IMG/VR virus record: IMGVR_UViG_3300042820_000065
Span: 4,934 to 68,933 of that record
Origin: a virus
Strand: one strand, 5' to 3'
DNA: 64,000 nucleotides
Every line of letters begins with the position of its first letter. The stretch's first letter is position 1. The notes beneath the pieces are model-generated. The model saw only the letters and a list, made by a program, of their open reading frames with translations. It did no database searches and was not told where the DNA came from. Below are positions 8,736-18,050 of this stretch, one piece after another. Made by a program: the position numbers and the translations under genes.

Positions 8736-9092
8736 GTGCCGATCCGAATTCGCGTTGTCTACAACAAACTGCCGAAGATCATCGACGCGCTTCCGGTGAA
8801 CATCGACAAGGAAGTGAACGACGCAGCCACGGATATCGCGGACGTCCTGAAATCCCGCCTGTGGGTCGACACTGGAACGCTTCGTCGCGTAACGACCGAC
8901 TTCACGCCAGGCTTCAACCATGCCGAGGTGTGGATCGGTTACTACCTGGGCAAGGGGTTCTACTCCGGCTTCCAGGAGTGGGGAACGGTGAAGCAGGACG
9001 CGCGTCCGATCGTCGGTCCGACGGCTCACCAGTACGAGACGGTTTACGCCTCGAACATGGAGAAGGCCGTCCGAAAGGCGTGTGGGACGTGA
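8736..9092 (+). CDS. Neck/tail-completion protein (HK97 gp10-like)
   Basis: VDTGTLR and Y.GFQEWGTVKQ.ARP motifs; GGAGG RBS. Confidence 0.75.
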   Translation: MPIRIRVVYNKLPKIIDALPVNIDKEVNDAATDIADVLKSRLWVDTGTLRRVTTDFTPGFNHAEVWIGYYLGKGFYSGFQEWGTVKQDARPIVGPTAHQYETVYASNMEKAVRKACGT

Positions 9093-9532
9093 CGGTTTAC
9101 GACGCGGGCGAGACTGTCGACCTTATCGAGCCGTGGATTTACGCGTCTCTCCTGGCCGACTCCGACCTGATGGATCTCGTTGGCGTGGGGTCGATTTCGG
9201 GCACCCTGTCGGTCGGTGATCTAGAACCGCCCTACGTCACGTTCCTGAACCAGGACAGCCGGGACATCGTCGGAAATGCCGGGCTGATCATCTCGACATC
9301 CAATCTGTACGCGATCAAGGCGGTGGCTCGGACCGGTTCATGGGATGACGTCCGTCCGATCGCGGCCAGGATCAAGGCCCTGTTTCACCTCCCCGGCCGA
9401 GAAGTGATGGTTCCCGGCGGCAGCCTCACGAGCAATCGTGAAATATTGATCAACTACGCCGAGATCACCGAAGGCGTGCAGTATCGACATCTCGGAGCGG
9501 TCTTTCGTATCCGGGCCTCAAGAGACGAGTGA
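9089..9532 (+). CDS. Tail terminator protein
   Basis: Position; PPYVTF motif and C-terminal YRHLG..FRI. Confidence 0.65.
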   Translation: MTVYDAGETVDLIEPWIYASLLADSDLMDLVGVGSISGTLSVGDLEPPYVTFLNQDSRDIVGNAGLIISTSNLYAIKAVARTGSWDDVRPIAARIKALFHLPGREVMVPGGSLTSNREILINYAEITEGVQYRHLGAVFRIRASRDE

Positions 9533-11097
9533 TGATGAAGAAGATCAGCCCGTGGACCGGCGGCTTCGTCGCCGTGGCTGCGCTGTGTCTCGTCGGGACG
9601 GTGGCGTTCGCGGACGTCAATTCTCCCGATGGTTCGACGGCAGGAATCACGAATCCGACCCAGCAGCAGGCGCTCGATGCGAACGACACCGTCCGCAACT
9701 ACATCAACGCCCATCCTGACGCGCCCGACCCGACGACCCCTCCGGCGACAACGACCACGACGAGCAGCCCGACTCCGACCACCGACACCACGCTGCCTTC
9801 AAATTTTAAGGCGACGGCCGGTGATCAGAAGATCGTCCTGACGTGGGCGAAGCCGCTGGGCGGCACACCGACCGGATACATCTACGGTCGGGGCGGAGTC
9901 GACTCGACGGGCTACGGCCAGTACGACTCGCCGGTTCAGCCCGCCACGACGCTGACCGTCACGCTCGACAAGTTGCTCAACAACACGTCGTATCCGGTCT
10001 ATGTCGAGGCGGTGTATTCCACTGGGAACAAACGTGTCTCGCTTTCCGCTACTCCGAAAGCCACGGCCACCCCGACCGCAACCGCGACTCCCACGGCCAC
10101 AGCAACCACGGCCAGTCCGAGTCCGGCCGTAACGACGACGCCTTCGAGCGGTGGGCGAGTTTCCGGTCTGGCATGGAGTTCTGGCGTCTGGAACGACCAG
10201 GACCCAACGCAGACGGGACGTTTCGTTTCGACCGTACGCGGCGGCAAGAACGTCGACAACATTCTCGTCTACACCACGCGGACGAACCTCGCGGCCGAGA
10301 ACAACCCGACCGCATGGCGCGCCGCCCTTCCATCGACCTTCAATGGCGTGAACCAGGACATCGTTCTGGCCGTCACGACGTGGACGTCGGATGGTGCGTT
10401 CATGACGCAGGCACAGGGCCAGGCCATCGGAGCGTCGCTCTGCACGGTTGATGCGACCACGCCGAAGGTTCGGCTCGACTGGGAGATGAACCTGACCGAT
10501 GGCGCTGGATCGAACGGCGCGGCATTGACGGCCAGCAACTACGCGGCCTGGGTTGCTCGATTCCGCGCTGTCGCAACGGGAATGAAGGCCGGTTGCGCCG
10601 GACTTCAGATCGACTTCAACCCGAACCACGGAGCCGATCAGACGGCCGGTTGCAACACGAGCCCGGTCACGAGCATGTGTACCAGGCGGGCATTTCAGTC
10701 ATTGAAGGACGTCATCGACATCTACGGAATCGACACCTACGATTCCTACCCGCCGGTCAAGGCCGACAACTCGGGATGGGGCACGCGGACCAACGCGGCG
10801 AACACGAACGAGTTGGAGAATGCTCGCGCGTACGCCGTTGCGAACGGGAAGAAGTTCTCGGTCCCGGAATGGGGTACGGCCTGTAACACGAGCGGCTGCC
10901 AGTGGTCCGGCAACGCAGGTGGCGACGATCCGAACTACGCGCACCAGATGCTCGCGTGGTTCAACGTCCATGCTTCCGACATGTCATACGAGACGTACTT
11001 CAATGAGCCCGCCTCGTATATCAATTCGGATCTGATCGACTCCAGCCCGAACACCCGGGCGCAGTATCGCTCGGACGTGCTCGCGCTGGCTACGTAA
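9529..11097 (+). CDS. Signal-peptide-bearing glycoside hydrolase (FN3-like + Pro/Thr linker + GH26-like domain)
   Basis: Hydrophobic N-terminus ending AFA-D. RLDWEMN (acid/base Glu), IDIYGIDTYD and KKFSVPEWG (nucleophile Glu) fit the clan GH-A pattern. Confidence 0.7.
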   Translation: MMMKKISPWTGGFVAVAALCLVGTVAFADVNSPDGSTAGITNPTQQQALDANDTVRNYINAHPDAPDPTTPPATTTTTSSPTPTTDTTLPSNFKATAGDQKIVLTWAKPLGGTPTGYIYGRGGVDSTGYGQYDSPVQPATTLTVTLDKLLNNTSYPVYVEAVYSTGNKRVSLSATPKATATPTATATPTATATTASPSPAVTTTPSSGGRVSGLAWSSGVWNDQDPTQTGRFVSTVRGGKNVDNILVYTTRTNLAAENNPTAWRAALPSTFNGVNQDIVLAVTTWTSDGAFMTQAQGQAIGASLCTVDATTPKVRLDWEMNLTDGAGSNGAALTASNYAAWVARFRAVATGMKAGCAGLQIDFNPNHGADQTAGCNTSPVTSMCTRRAFQSLKDVIDIYGIDTYDSYPPVKADNSGWGTRTNAANTNELENARAYAVANGKKFSVPEWGTACNTSGCQWSGNAGGDDPNYAHQMLAWFNVHASDMSYETYFNEPASYINSDLIDSSPNTRAQYRSDVLALAT

Positions 11098-11782
11098 TTC
11101 CGACAGGATTCGTCGGATCGTAGTCGCCGTAACGCCCGCCGTGCCGCTTCAGGTGACACGGCGGGCACACGGTAACCAGGTTGCCAAGAGCGTTGGCGGC
11201 CTTCCAGTCACCATCGAACGAACGAAGGGATTTGATGTGATGAACGTGCGGAGTCTGACCGTTCATCAAGTCAGCGTTGCAGTCGACGCATTTCCCGTTG
11301 TCGCGCGTGATGGCGAAGGCCCGCTGGATCTGCCAGTTCGGACCGTAGTAGAACCGGCCGGGCGTAGTGCCAGACTTGCTTTGGCCGTAGCAGAACGAGG
11401 AGCAGTGGACGCGTGGCCACGACTGATAGAACTGGAATCCCTTACCGCAGTAGGCGCAGATTCCATCAATCAATGTGGCTTTCGTTCGGCACTCGCGCGA
11501 GCAGTGCTCAACGTCGCGCCACGACGGAACCTCAAACTCCTTGTGACAACCGGGGCACGTCTTCGTCGTCCACTTCGATTCGTCACGCGGTCGACCTGTA
11601 CCGCACTGACGGGAGCAGAAACGACCGACTCGGCTTGCCTTGTCCTCGAACGTCTTTCCGCAGGTTTCACAAGCGCCAACCTTTCGTTGACCGGAGCGTC
11701 GACAAGCCATCGAGCAGTATCGTGGTGTTCGGTCGGTCCGATGGGTGAATGTGTTCCCGCAGTGATTACAGATGCTGTCCAT
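11090..11782 (-). CDS. Free-standing HNH endonuclease with tandem Zn-ribbon repeats
   Basis: Four CxxCGK.F....xCSxxC repeats. C-terminal CVDC..HVHHI..NLVTVCPPCH. Probable start ATG 11782. Confidence 0.85.
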   Translation of the reverse strand: MDSICNHCGNTFTHRTDRTPRYCSMACRRSGQRKVGACETCGKTFEDKASRVGRFCSRQCGTGRPRDESKWTTKTCPGCHKEFEVPSWRDVEHCSRECRTKATLIDGICAYCGKGFQFYQSWPRVHCSSFCYGQSKSGTTPGRFYYGPNWQIQRAFAITRDNGKCVDCNADLMNGQTPHVHHIKSLRSFDGDWKAANALGNLVTVCPPCHLKRHGGRYGDYDPTNPVGIT

Positions 11783-11825
11783 ACGGACAACGTTACCACA
11801 ACTAGTTACGAAGAAGGTGGACGAT

Positions 11826-12833
11826 ATCGCTGAGAGAAGTACGATCACCCAGAGTGTTCAGATCGGCGTGGAATCGGTTCCCGGAACTGCGGTCGCTGCG
11901 AACAAGCGGCTCGGCTCCATGGGTTTCTCGCTCGGCCCGGCGACCGACTTCAACGACCTGCGGCCGATCGGCCAGAAGTACCCGTCGCTTCAGATTCTCG
12001 GCAAGGAGTGGGCGGAGGCTGATCTCGACGGATCGCCGGTCTACACCGAACTGCCGTACGCCTTCGCCTCGGTCGTCAACACTCCGACCATCGTGGAGAT
12101 TCTGGACACGGCGATCCACACCGGTGCGTACCGCTGGACGTTCCAGTCGAACACCTTCGGCGATGACAGTCCGAAAACCTTCACGGTTGAACAGGGTTCG
12201 TCGTTCCGGGCCCATCGGGTGAGTAACTGTATCCTCACCGAGTACGGGATGAAGTGGAGCCGGGACGAGATCGAACTGGACGGCTCATGGCTGGCCAAGG
12301 CGATCGACGACGGCATCACGATGACGGCCAGCCCGACCCAGTTGCCGCAGATCCCGGTGAAGCCAGCCGACCTGTCGGTCTACCTGGATCCCGAGTACGG
12401 CGACATCGGGACCACGAAGATGCTCCGGGCCCTGAAGGGCGAATTTAACATTCAGGACCGGTTCGAGCCCCTGTGGGTGGTCGATGCGGCCCAGCCGTCG
12501 TTCGTCTCCACCGTCGAGGGCGAGCCGACCGTCGAATTCAAGATGACTCAGATGGCCGATGCTCAGGCGATGGCCAACCTGACCGCGATGCGCGGTGGCG
12601 TGACTCTGTTCCTTCGGCTCGAAGGCATCGGGCCGGTCATCTACACCCCCGCTTCGGGCGACCCGATCACCCACTCGGTGAAGATCGACATCGCCGGTCA
12701 GATCTCCGACATCTCCTCATTCGATGACGAGGACGGGGTCTACGCGATCGAGTGGACCTTCGGTGCGGTCCATGACCCGGGATGGGGCAAGGCGTTCAAG
12801 ATCGAGGTCGTTACGACCACGGCAACGCTGTAA
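11826..12833 (+). CDS. Major tail protein (start ATC 11826 or GTG 11817, uncertain)
   Basis: AERSTITQSVQIGVES.PGT N-terminus; located upstream of the chaperone and tape measure genes; followed by a terminator hairpin. Confidence 0.8.
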   Translation: MAERSTITQSVQIGVESVPGTAVAANKRLGSMGFSLGPATDFNDLRPIGQKYPSLQILGKEWAEADLDGSPVYTELPYAFASVVNTPTIVEILDTAIHTGAYRWTFQSNTFGDDSPKTFTVEQGSSFRAHRVSNCILTEYGMKWSRDEIELDGSWLAKAIDDGITMTASPTQLPQIPVKPADLSVYLDPEYGDIGTTKMLRALKGEFNIQDRFEPLWVVDAAQPSFVSTVEGEPTVEFKMTQMADAQAMANLTAMRGGVTLFLRLEGIGPVIYTPASGDPITHSVKIDIAGQISDISSFDDEDGVYAIEWTFGAVHDPGWGKAFKIEVVTTTATL

Positions 12834-12850
12834 CCGACCGAGGTATGGTG

Positions 12851-12883
12851 AGGGCCGCTTCCGTTATGCGGGGCGGCCCTTTC
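12851..12883 (+). terminator. Hairpin terminator after the major tail gene
   Basis: agggccgcttccg-ttatg-cggggcggccct, a 13-bp stem including G-U pairs, followed by ttcc. Confidence 0.65.
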
Positions 12884-12905
12884 CGTACACACGACAGGAC
12901 AACTC

Positions 12906-13450
12906 ATGCGAATCTCCGGCGCACTGGCCAAGGCGAAGCCTCTCGATGTGGCTTTCGAGGGCGACGCACTGCACATCACCTATCGCCCCTCGTCTTACAC
13001 GGTCGAGGAACTGGAGAAACTGGTCGCTGACGAAGCGTCCGGCGAGAAGAAGATCGAACCGAGCCGGATCATCGACCTGGTTCAGCAGATGATCATCACC
13101 TGGGACCTGACCGAAGAGAACGGTGAGCCGATTCACCTCACCGATCGAGCACGACTGAAGCAACTCCCCTCCTCCGTTTTCACCGTCATTCTTCAGACCG
13201 TGAAGGCGGATCAGTCCGTGGGGGAAGCGGAAAGGCCCTCCGACGCTTCCTAGCGACTGAGGGGGCCGCCGGTGAGGAACCGGAATGGTACCCGCTATTG
13301 AAGGCCGCGAAGTGGATGGGTGTCCCCCCGTGGGATCTGGCCCAGAAGCCGAAATGGTGGCTCGACATAGCATTGACGGCGATGTCCGCAGAGAGTGCGG
13401 CGCAGAAGCAGAAGGCGAAGAAAGCAAATGCCAACCGTAGCCGAACTTGA
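12906..13450 (+). CDS. Tail assembly chaperone pair: G 12906-13253; GT via -1 frameshift to TGA at 13450
   Basis: Slippery G GGG GAA at 13220-13226. The -1 frame is open (SGKALRRFLA..WYPLLKAAKWMGVPPWDL) to 13450. Directly upstream of tape measure. Confidence 0.85.
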
Positions 13451-16400
13451 CATCCAGATTGATGCCGAAGACAACGCTACGGCTGTGCTCGCCGAGGTCG
13501 ACGCCCTCATCAAATCCATGGCTGGTGAGGACGTCGGCATCGACGTTGACGCTGCCACCGCAGACGCGATCCGGAACCTTCAGTCCGTCAGTGATCTGAT
13601 CGACCACATCAACGGAATGACTGCGAAGGTCAACGTTGACGCCGATACGGCTGCGGCCGAGGCGGATCTCAATGCCGTGCAGGAGGAGGTGCGAAACCTC
13701 TCCAATACGATCGCGACCATAGAAGTCAATCTCGACGACGTGCAGGTACTGACCGGATTCGCCGAGATCGAGTCAGGCATTCGGGCCATCACCGCCGATG
13801 TCGTCGAGATCCTGGTCGAGATGGATGCGTCCGATGTCCTGGCCGACATGCTTGAGATCGAGTCCGGCATGAAGGCGATTGAATCCGGCAGTCCGATCCG
13901 CATCGCGATCGAGGGGTCCGGCTTCGACACTGTCGGAAACGAACTCGTTGTCATTCAGGACCAGATGACCGCACTCGATCACGACGCCGTGACGATCTCG
14001 GTCGAGATCGTCGACCTCCCGAAACTCACTGCCGATATCGCTGCGATCGAGTCCGGCCTGAAGGATCTGGACGCCGAAGCCGTCAGTATCGAAATCGACA
14101 TTGACGACGCGAATGCGCAGCGGACCATCGCCGACATCATGACCGAACTCCAGGCGATGAAGAATAGCGCCCTGATCGACGTCGATTTCGATACGGCAGC
14201 GGCGCGCGCGAAGTTGGACGAACTCAAGGCCGAGATGAAGGAGATGCGCGATAACGACATTGCTGTCGATGCGGATATCTCCAAGGCCCTGGCCAAGATT
14301 GCGACGCTAACGTTCCTGCTGAACCGGATGGACAAGCAGGACGTCGAGATCGACGTCGATAAGGACGGTAAGGCCAGGGCCACGCTGGACCAGATCGCCA
14401 GTAAGGCCCGAACGGCTGGTCAGGGAGTCTCAGGGTTCGCCTCCGCAGTGGCGCTCATCGGCCCAGCGCTGGTCCCTCTGGGTGCTGCGGCCATCGTCGG
14501 GATAGGTGGCCTGGGTACGGCCTTCGCATCGGCTGGAATCGCCGCTGGCGCCTTCGCGCTTGTGGCCAAGACTGCCTTCTCGAACGTGATGCAGGCGAAC
14601 AAGGACCTGACCACGGCCCAGAAGCAGTACAACGAGGCCGTCACGGACAAGCAGCGGGACGCGGCCCTGGCGAAGATGAAGGCGATCTGGGATTCGCTGA
14701 CTCCGGCCGAGCAGGATGCACTGCACGCTATCAAGGACTTCTCGAAGGAGTGGCAGAGTTTCGTTGGCCAGTTCAAGCCCGAGATTCTGGACCTGGGCAC
14801 GAAGGCGCTTCAGGGATTCGCGAACTTGCTTCCCACATTGACTCCGCTCGTTGCCGGAATGGTCAAGCAGATGGGCGACCTGGAGGATGCTTCCTTCAAG
14901 GCCCTGAGTGGCAACTGGTGGCAGCAGTGGATTAACGACTTCGGCACGCAGGCTCCGTTGATCTTCGGAGACCTGGCCCGGACCGCAGGTAACCTTGTCA
15001 CCGCGTTCGCTGGAATCGTGCAGGCATTCCTACCGATGGCTACCGATATGGCGTCTGCCCTGGCGAGGTTGTCTTCCGGATGGGCCGACTGGGGGCAGAA
15101 TCTCGGTACTAACAGTGGTTTCCAGTCCTTCATGAAGTTCGTTAAGGACAATATGCCGACAGTCACCGGATTCATCGGTGCATTGGTCGAGGCGTTCGGA
15201 GATCTGTTGCAGGCCGCTGCGCCGGTCGGCGTTGCGGTCCTGGAGATTGCTACCGGCATGTTAGATCTCTGGTCTGCGTTTCAGAACGCGAACCCGGCCC
15301 TTGCCACTGCCGCCGTTGCTTTCGCCGGTATTTCGCTGGCTCTAGTCAACATCGTCGGCCCGGTGCTATCCATCGTGTCCGCTTTTTCTGCCATCGCCGA
15401 AGTGCTCGGCGTGTCGTCTCTGGCTCTATTCGGCTGGATCGCCGCAATCGTTGCGATTGGCGTTGCTCTCGTCGAGTTGTATAGCCATAGCGGCACATTC
15501 AGGGCCTTCGTCGATCTGATCGGCAGCGGTCTGGTCGGGGCCTTCAAGTTGGCCGTCAAGGCGGTGCAGGGCTTCGTTGACTTCGTCAAGCCAGCGATAG
15601 ATGCGGTCGTCACGTATATCCAGACGAAGATGGACGAGATCAAGGACTGGGCGAAAGAGTGGGGCCCGACGTTGTCAGCCGCCTGGGACAACATCACCAC
15701 TGCTGCCCAACACGTTTGGGATGCGGTTACGGCGATCTTCAAGGCCGTGAGCCCAATCCTCCTCGGTTACGTCAAGGGCATCTGGGACGGTGTCAAGGGA
15801 ATCATCGACGGGGCCATCAGCGTGATCGAGGGCATCCTCGAAATCGCGGCCGGTGTCATTTCCGGTGACTGGTCAGCCATTTGGGAAGGATTCCAGGACA
15901 TCCTCACCGGCGTCTGGGGTGGGATCACCGGATACCTGCGTGGCATCTGGGACATCATCAAGGGCATCCTCGAAGCCGGTAAGAACGTGTTCGGTCCGAT
16001 CTGGTCAGCGATTTGGGATGCCGCGAAGACTGCATTCAAGGCTGGGATCGACGCTGTCGTCACGCTCGTCAAGGACCTGCCGAACCTGATCTTGAATGGA
16101 ATCCCTGACGCTGCAACGTGGTTGGTGAAGACCGGCGCCGACATCATCGGCGGCTTGATCAGCGGAATCGCTACGGCCGCCCAGGCGGTCGGGACGTGGT
16201 TCCTAGCCCTGCCGGGCCTGATCGCCGGATGGGTCACCAGTGCTGCGACCTGGCTCCTGACGACCGGCGTCGACATGATCACCGGTCTGATCACCGGAGC
16301 ACAGCAGGCAGGCGTCAATCTCGGAGTCTGGCTCGCCGGGCTCCCGGCGCTCATCATCGGCTGGGTCGGTGATGCTCTTTCGTGGCTGGTGGCCAAGGGC

Positions 16401-18047
16401 TCCGATATGATCCAGGGCCTAATCACCGGAGCCGTGGCTGCTGCAATCAACCTTGGCATTTGGCTCGGCACGCTCGCGACGCAGATTCCGGCGATGATCG
16501 GCGATGCGACGCAATGGCTGATGCAGCATGGGGCAGACATGATCCAGGGACTCATCAACGGGGCCATTACTGCCGCAGTCAATCTCGGAACCTGGCTCTC
16601 GACGCTTCCGGCGCAGATTCAGGGCTGGGTCGTGGGCGCGATCACCTGGATCCAGCAGAACGGCATGGACCTGATCACCGGCTTCATCAATGGCATCGTG
16701 ACCAATCTTCCATTGATTACGTTGGCGCTGGCTGCCATTCCGCTGCTTATCCTGGCCGCGCTCTTGGCTATCCCGCTACTACTGGTCGCCATGGGTGTCG
16801 CTCTGATCGTCGGATTCATCCAGGGCATTCTCCAGGCCGTACCGCAGATTTCGACCGTGCTCGCAACGATCGGTGCTGTGATCACGGCTGGCTTCCAGGC
16901 GATCGTCACGAACCTCGTTACGATCGGGGCCTCGATCCTCCTGGCCGTCACTACCACCTGGCAGAGCGTCCAGACCGCGATCACGACCGCCATGACGACG
17001 ATCGGCACGGCCATATCTACTGGCTGGGCCACGATTTCGACCGCGATCAGCACGGCGATGACGGCCATCGGTACCGCTGTTACAACCGGCTGGGCAGCCA
17101 TTAGTACGACCATTACGACGGCAATGACAACGATTGGTACGGCTGTTTCTACCGGCTGGCAGGCAATCCAGACAGCGATCACGACCGCGCTCGATGCCAT
17201 CAAGACGGCAGTGACGACCGCTTGGCAGGCAATCAAGACCGCGATCACGACCGCTATGGACGCCATCAAGACGGCGATTACGACCGCTTGGGACGCAATC
17301 AAGACCGCGATCACGACGGCGATGGATTCGATCAAGACCGCGATCACTACGGCTTGGTCGGCAATCAAAACCGCTGTTACGACCGCCATGTCGGACATCA
17401 AGACGGCTATCAGCAACGGTTTTGCCGATATGCTTTCGGCCGCGAAGACCGGCATGTCGAATATCGTTAATGCGGTCAAGGACGGCTTCTCTTCAGCCAA
17501 GACGGCCGTGTCCAACGGAATCTCCGACATGCTCAGTCTCATTACCGGAAAGGTCGGAGACTTCAGGACCGCCGGTGCATCGCTGATGACTAACTTCGCC
17601 CAGGGGATTCTTGGTGGGCTGGGCTCGGCTGTTGATGCTGTCAAGAACGCCGTCAGCACGATCGGCGGACTGCTTCCCGGATCGCCCGCGAAGTGGGGTC
17701 CTCTGTCCGGCCAGGGGTGGACACAGATCCGAGGCCAGCACTTGGTGGAAGACCTGGCCGCCGGTATGGACAGCAGGACGGACAAGGTCTCGGCCGTTGC
17801 GCAGGACATCGCGGACTTAATGACGCTCGGCTCGAATTCGGCCCTGGCCTACGATCAGATCACCAGCCCGCTATCTACGGGCGGATCGGGCAGTGGATCC
17901 GGCTCCGGCTATACCATCAACGTGCAGCCCGGTGCTGTTTCCGTGCAGGTCGCGGCCGGTGCCGATCCGGCAGAAGCCAGAGCCGCATTCGACGGAGCGG
18001 ACGACCAGTTGGCAGAGAGCCTGCTGAACGCATTGAAGCGGAGGTAA
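13428..18047 (+). CDS. Tape measure protein (about 1539 aa)
   Basis: Longest ORF; Ala/Gly-rich amphipathic sequence with W-periodic and 11-aa AIKTAITTAWD-type repeats. Confidence 0.95.
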   Translation: MPTVAELDIQIDAEDNATAVLAEVDALIKSMAGEDVGIDVDAATADAIRNLQSVSDLIDHINGMTAKVNVDADTAAAEADLNAVQEEVRNLSNTIATIEVNLDDVQVLTGFAEIESGIRAITADVVEILVEMDASDVLADMLEIESGMKAIESGSPIRIAIEGSGFDTVGNELVVIQDQMTALDHDAVTISVEIVDLPKLTADIAAIESGLKDLDAEAVSIEIDIDDANAQRTIADIMTELQAMKNSALIDVDFDTAAARAKLDELKAEMKEMRDNDIAVDADISKALAKIATLTFLLNRMDKQDVEIDVDKDGKARATLDQIASKARTAGQGVSGFASAVALIGPALVPLGAAAIVGIGGLGTAFASAGIAAGAFALVAKTAFSNVMQANKDLTTAQKQYNEAVTDKQRDAALAKMKAIWDSLTPAEQDALHAIKDFSKEWQSFVGQFKPEILDLGTKALQGFANLLPTLTPLVAGMVKQMGDLEDASFKALSGNWWQQWINDFGTQAPLIFGDLARTAGNLVTAFAGIVQAFLPMATDMASALARLSSGWADWGQNLGTNSGFQSFMKFVKDNMPTVTGFIGALVEAFGDLLQAAAPVGVAVLEIATGMLDLWSAFQNANPALATAAVAFAGISLALVNIVGPVLSIVSAFSAIAEVLGVSSLALFGWIAAIVAIGVALVELYSHSGTFRAFVDLIGSGLVGAFKLAVKAVQGFVDFVKPAIDAVVTYIQTKMDEIKDWAKEWGPTLSAAWDNITTAAQHVWDAVTAIFKAVSPILLGYVKGIWDGVKGIIDGAISVIEGILEIAAGVISGDWSAIWEGFQDILTGVWGGITGYLRGIWDIIKGILEAGKNVFGPIWSAIWDAAKTAFKAGIDAVVTLVKDLPNLILNGIPDAATWLVKTGADIIGGLISGIATAAQAVGTWFLALPGLIAGWVTSAATWLLTTGVDMITGLITGAQQAGVNLGVWLAGLPALIIGWVGDALSWLVAKGSDMIQGLITGAVAAAINLGIWLGTLATQIPAMIGDATQWLMQHGADMIQGLINGAITAAVNLGTWLSTLPAQIQGWVVGAITWIQQNGMDLITGFINGIVTNLPLITLALAAIPLLILAALLAIPLLLVAMGVALIVGFIQGILQAVPQISTVLATIGAVITAGFQAIVTNLVTIGASILLAVTTTWQSVQTAITTAMTTIGTAISTGWATISTAISTAMTAIGTAVTTGWAAISTTITTAMTTIGTAVSTGWQAIQTAITTALDAIKTAVTTAWQAIKTAITTAMDAIKTAITTAWDAIKTAITTAMDSIKTAITTAWSAIKTAVTTAMSDIKTAISNGFADMLSAAKTGMSNIVNAVKDGFSSAKTAVSNGISDMLSLITGKVGDFRTAGASLMTNFAQGILGGLGSAVDAVKNAVSTIGGLLPGSPAKWGPLSGQGWTQIRGQHLVEDLAAGMDSRTDKVSAVAQDIADLMTLGSNSALAYDQITSPLSTGGSGSGSGSGYTINVQPGAVSVQVAAGADPAEARAAFDGADDQLAESLLNALKRR

Positions 18048-18050
18048 CCC

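Noticed and set aside
11772-11816. ATG 11772 as the major tail start
   Set aside because: No SD sequence, it overlaps the HNH start on the other strand, and it adds a non-tail-like extension.
16930-17520. 33-bp quasi-repeats in the tape measure gene
   Set aside because: Ordinary 11-aa tape-measure periodicity.
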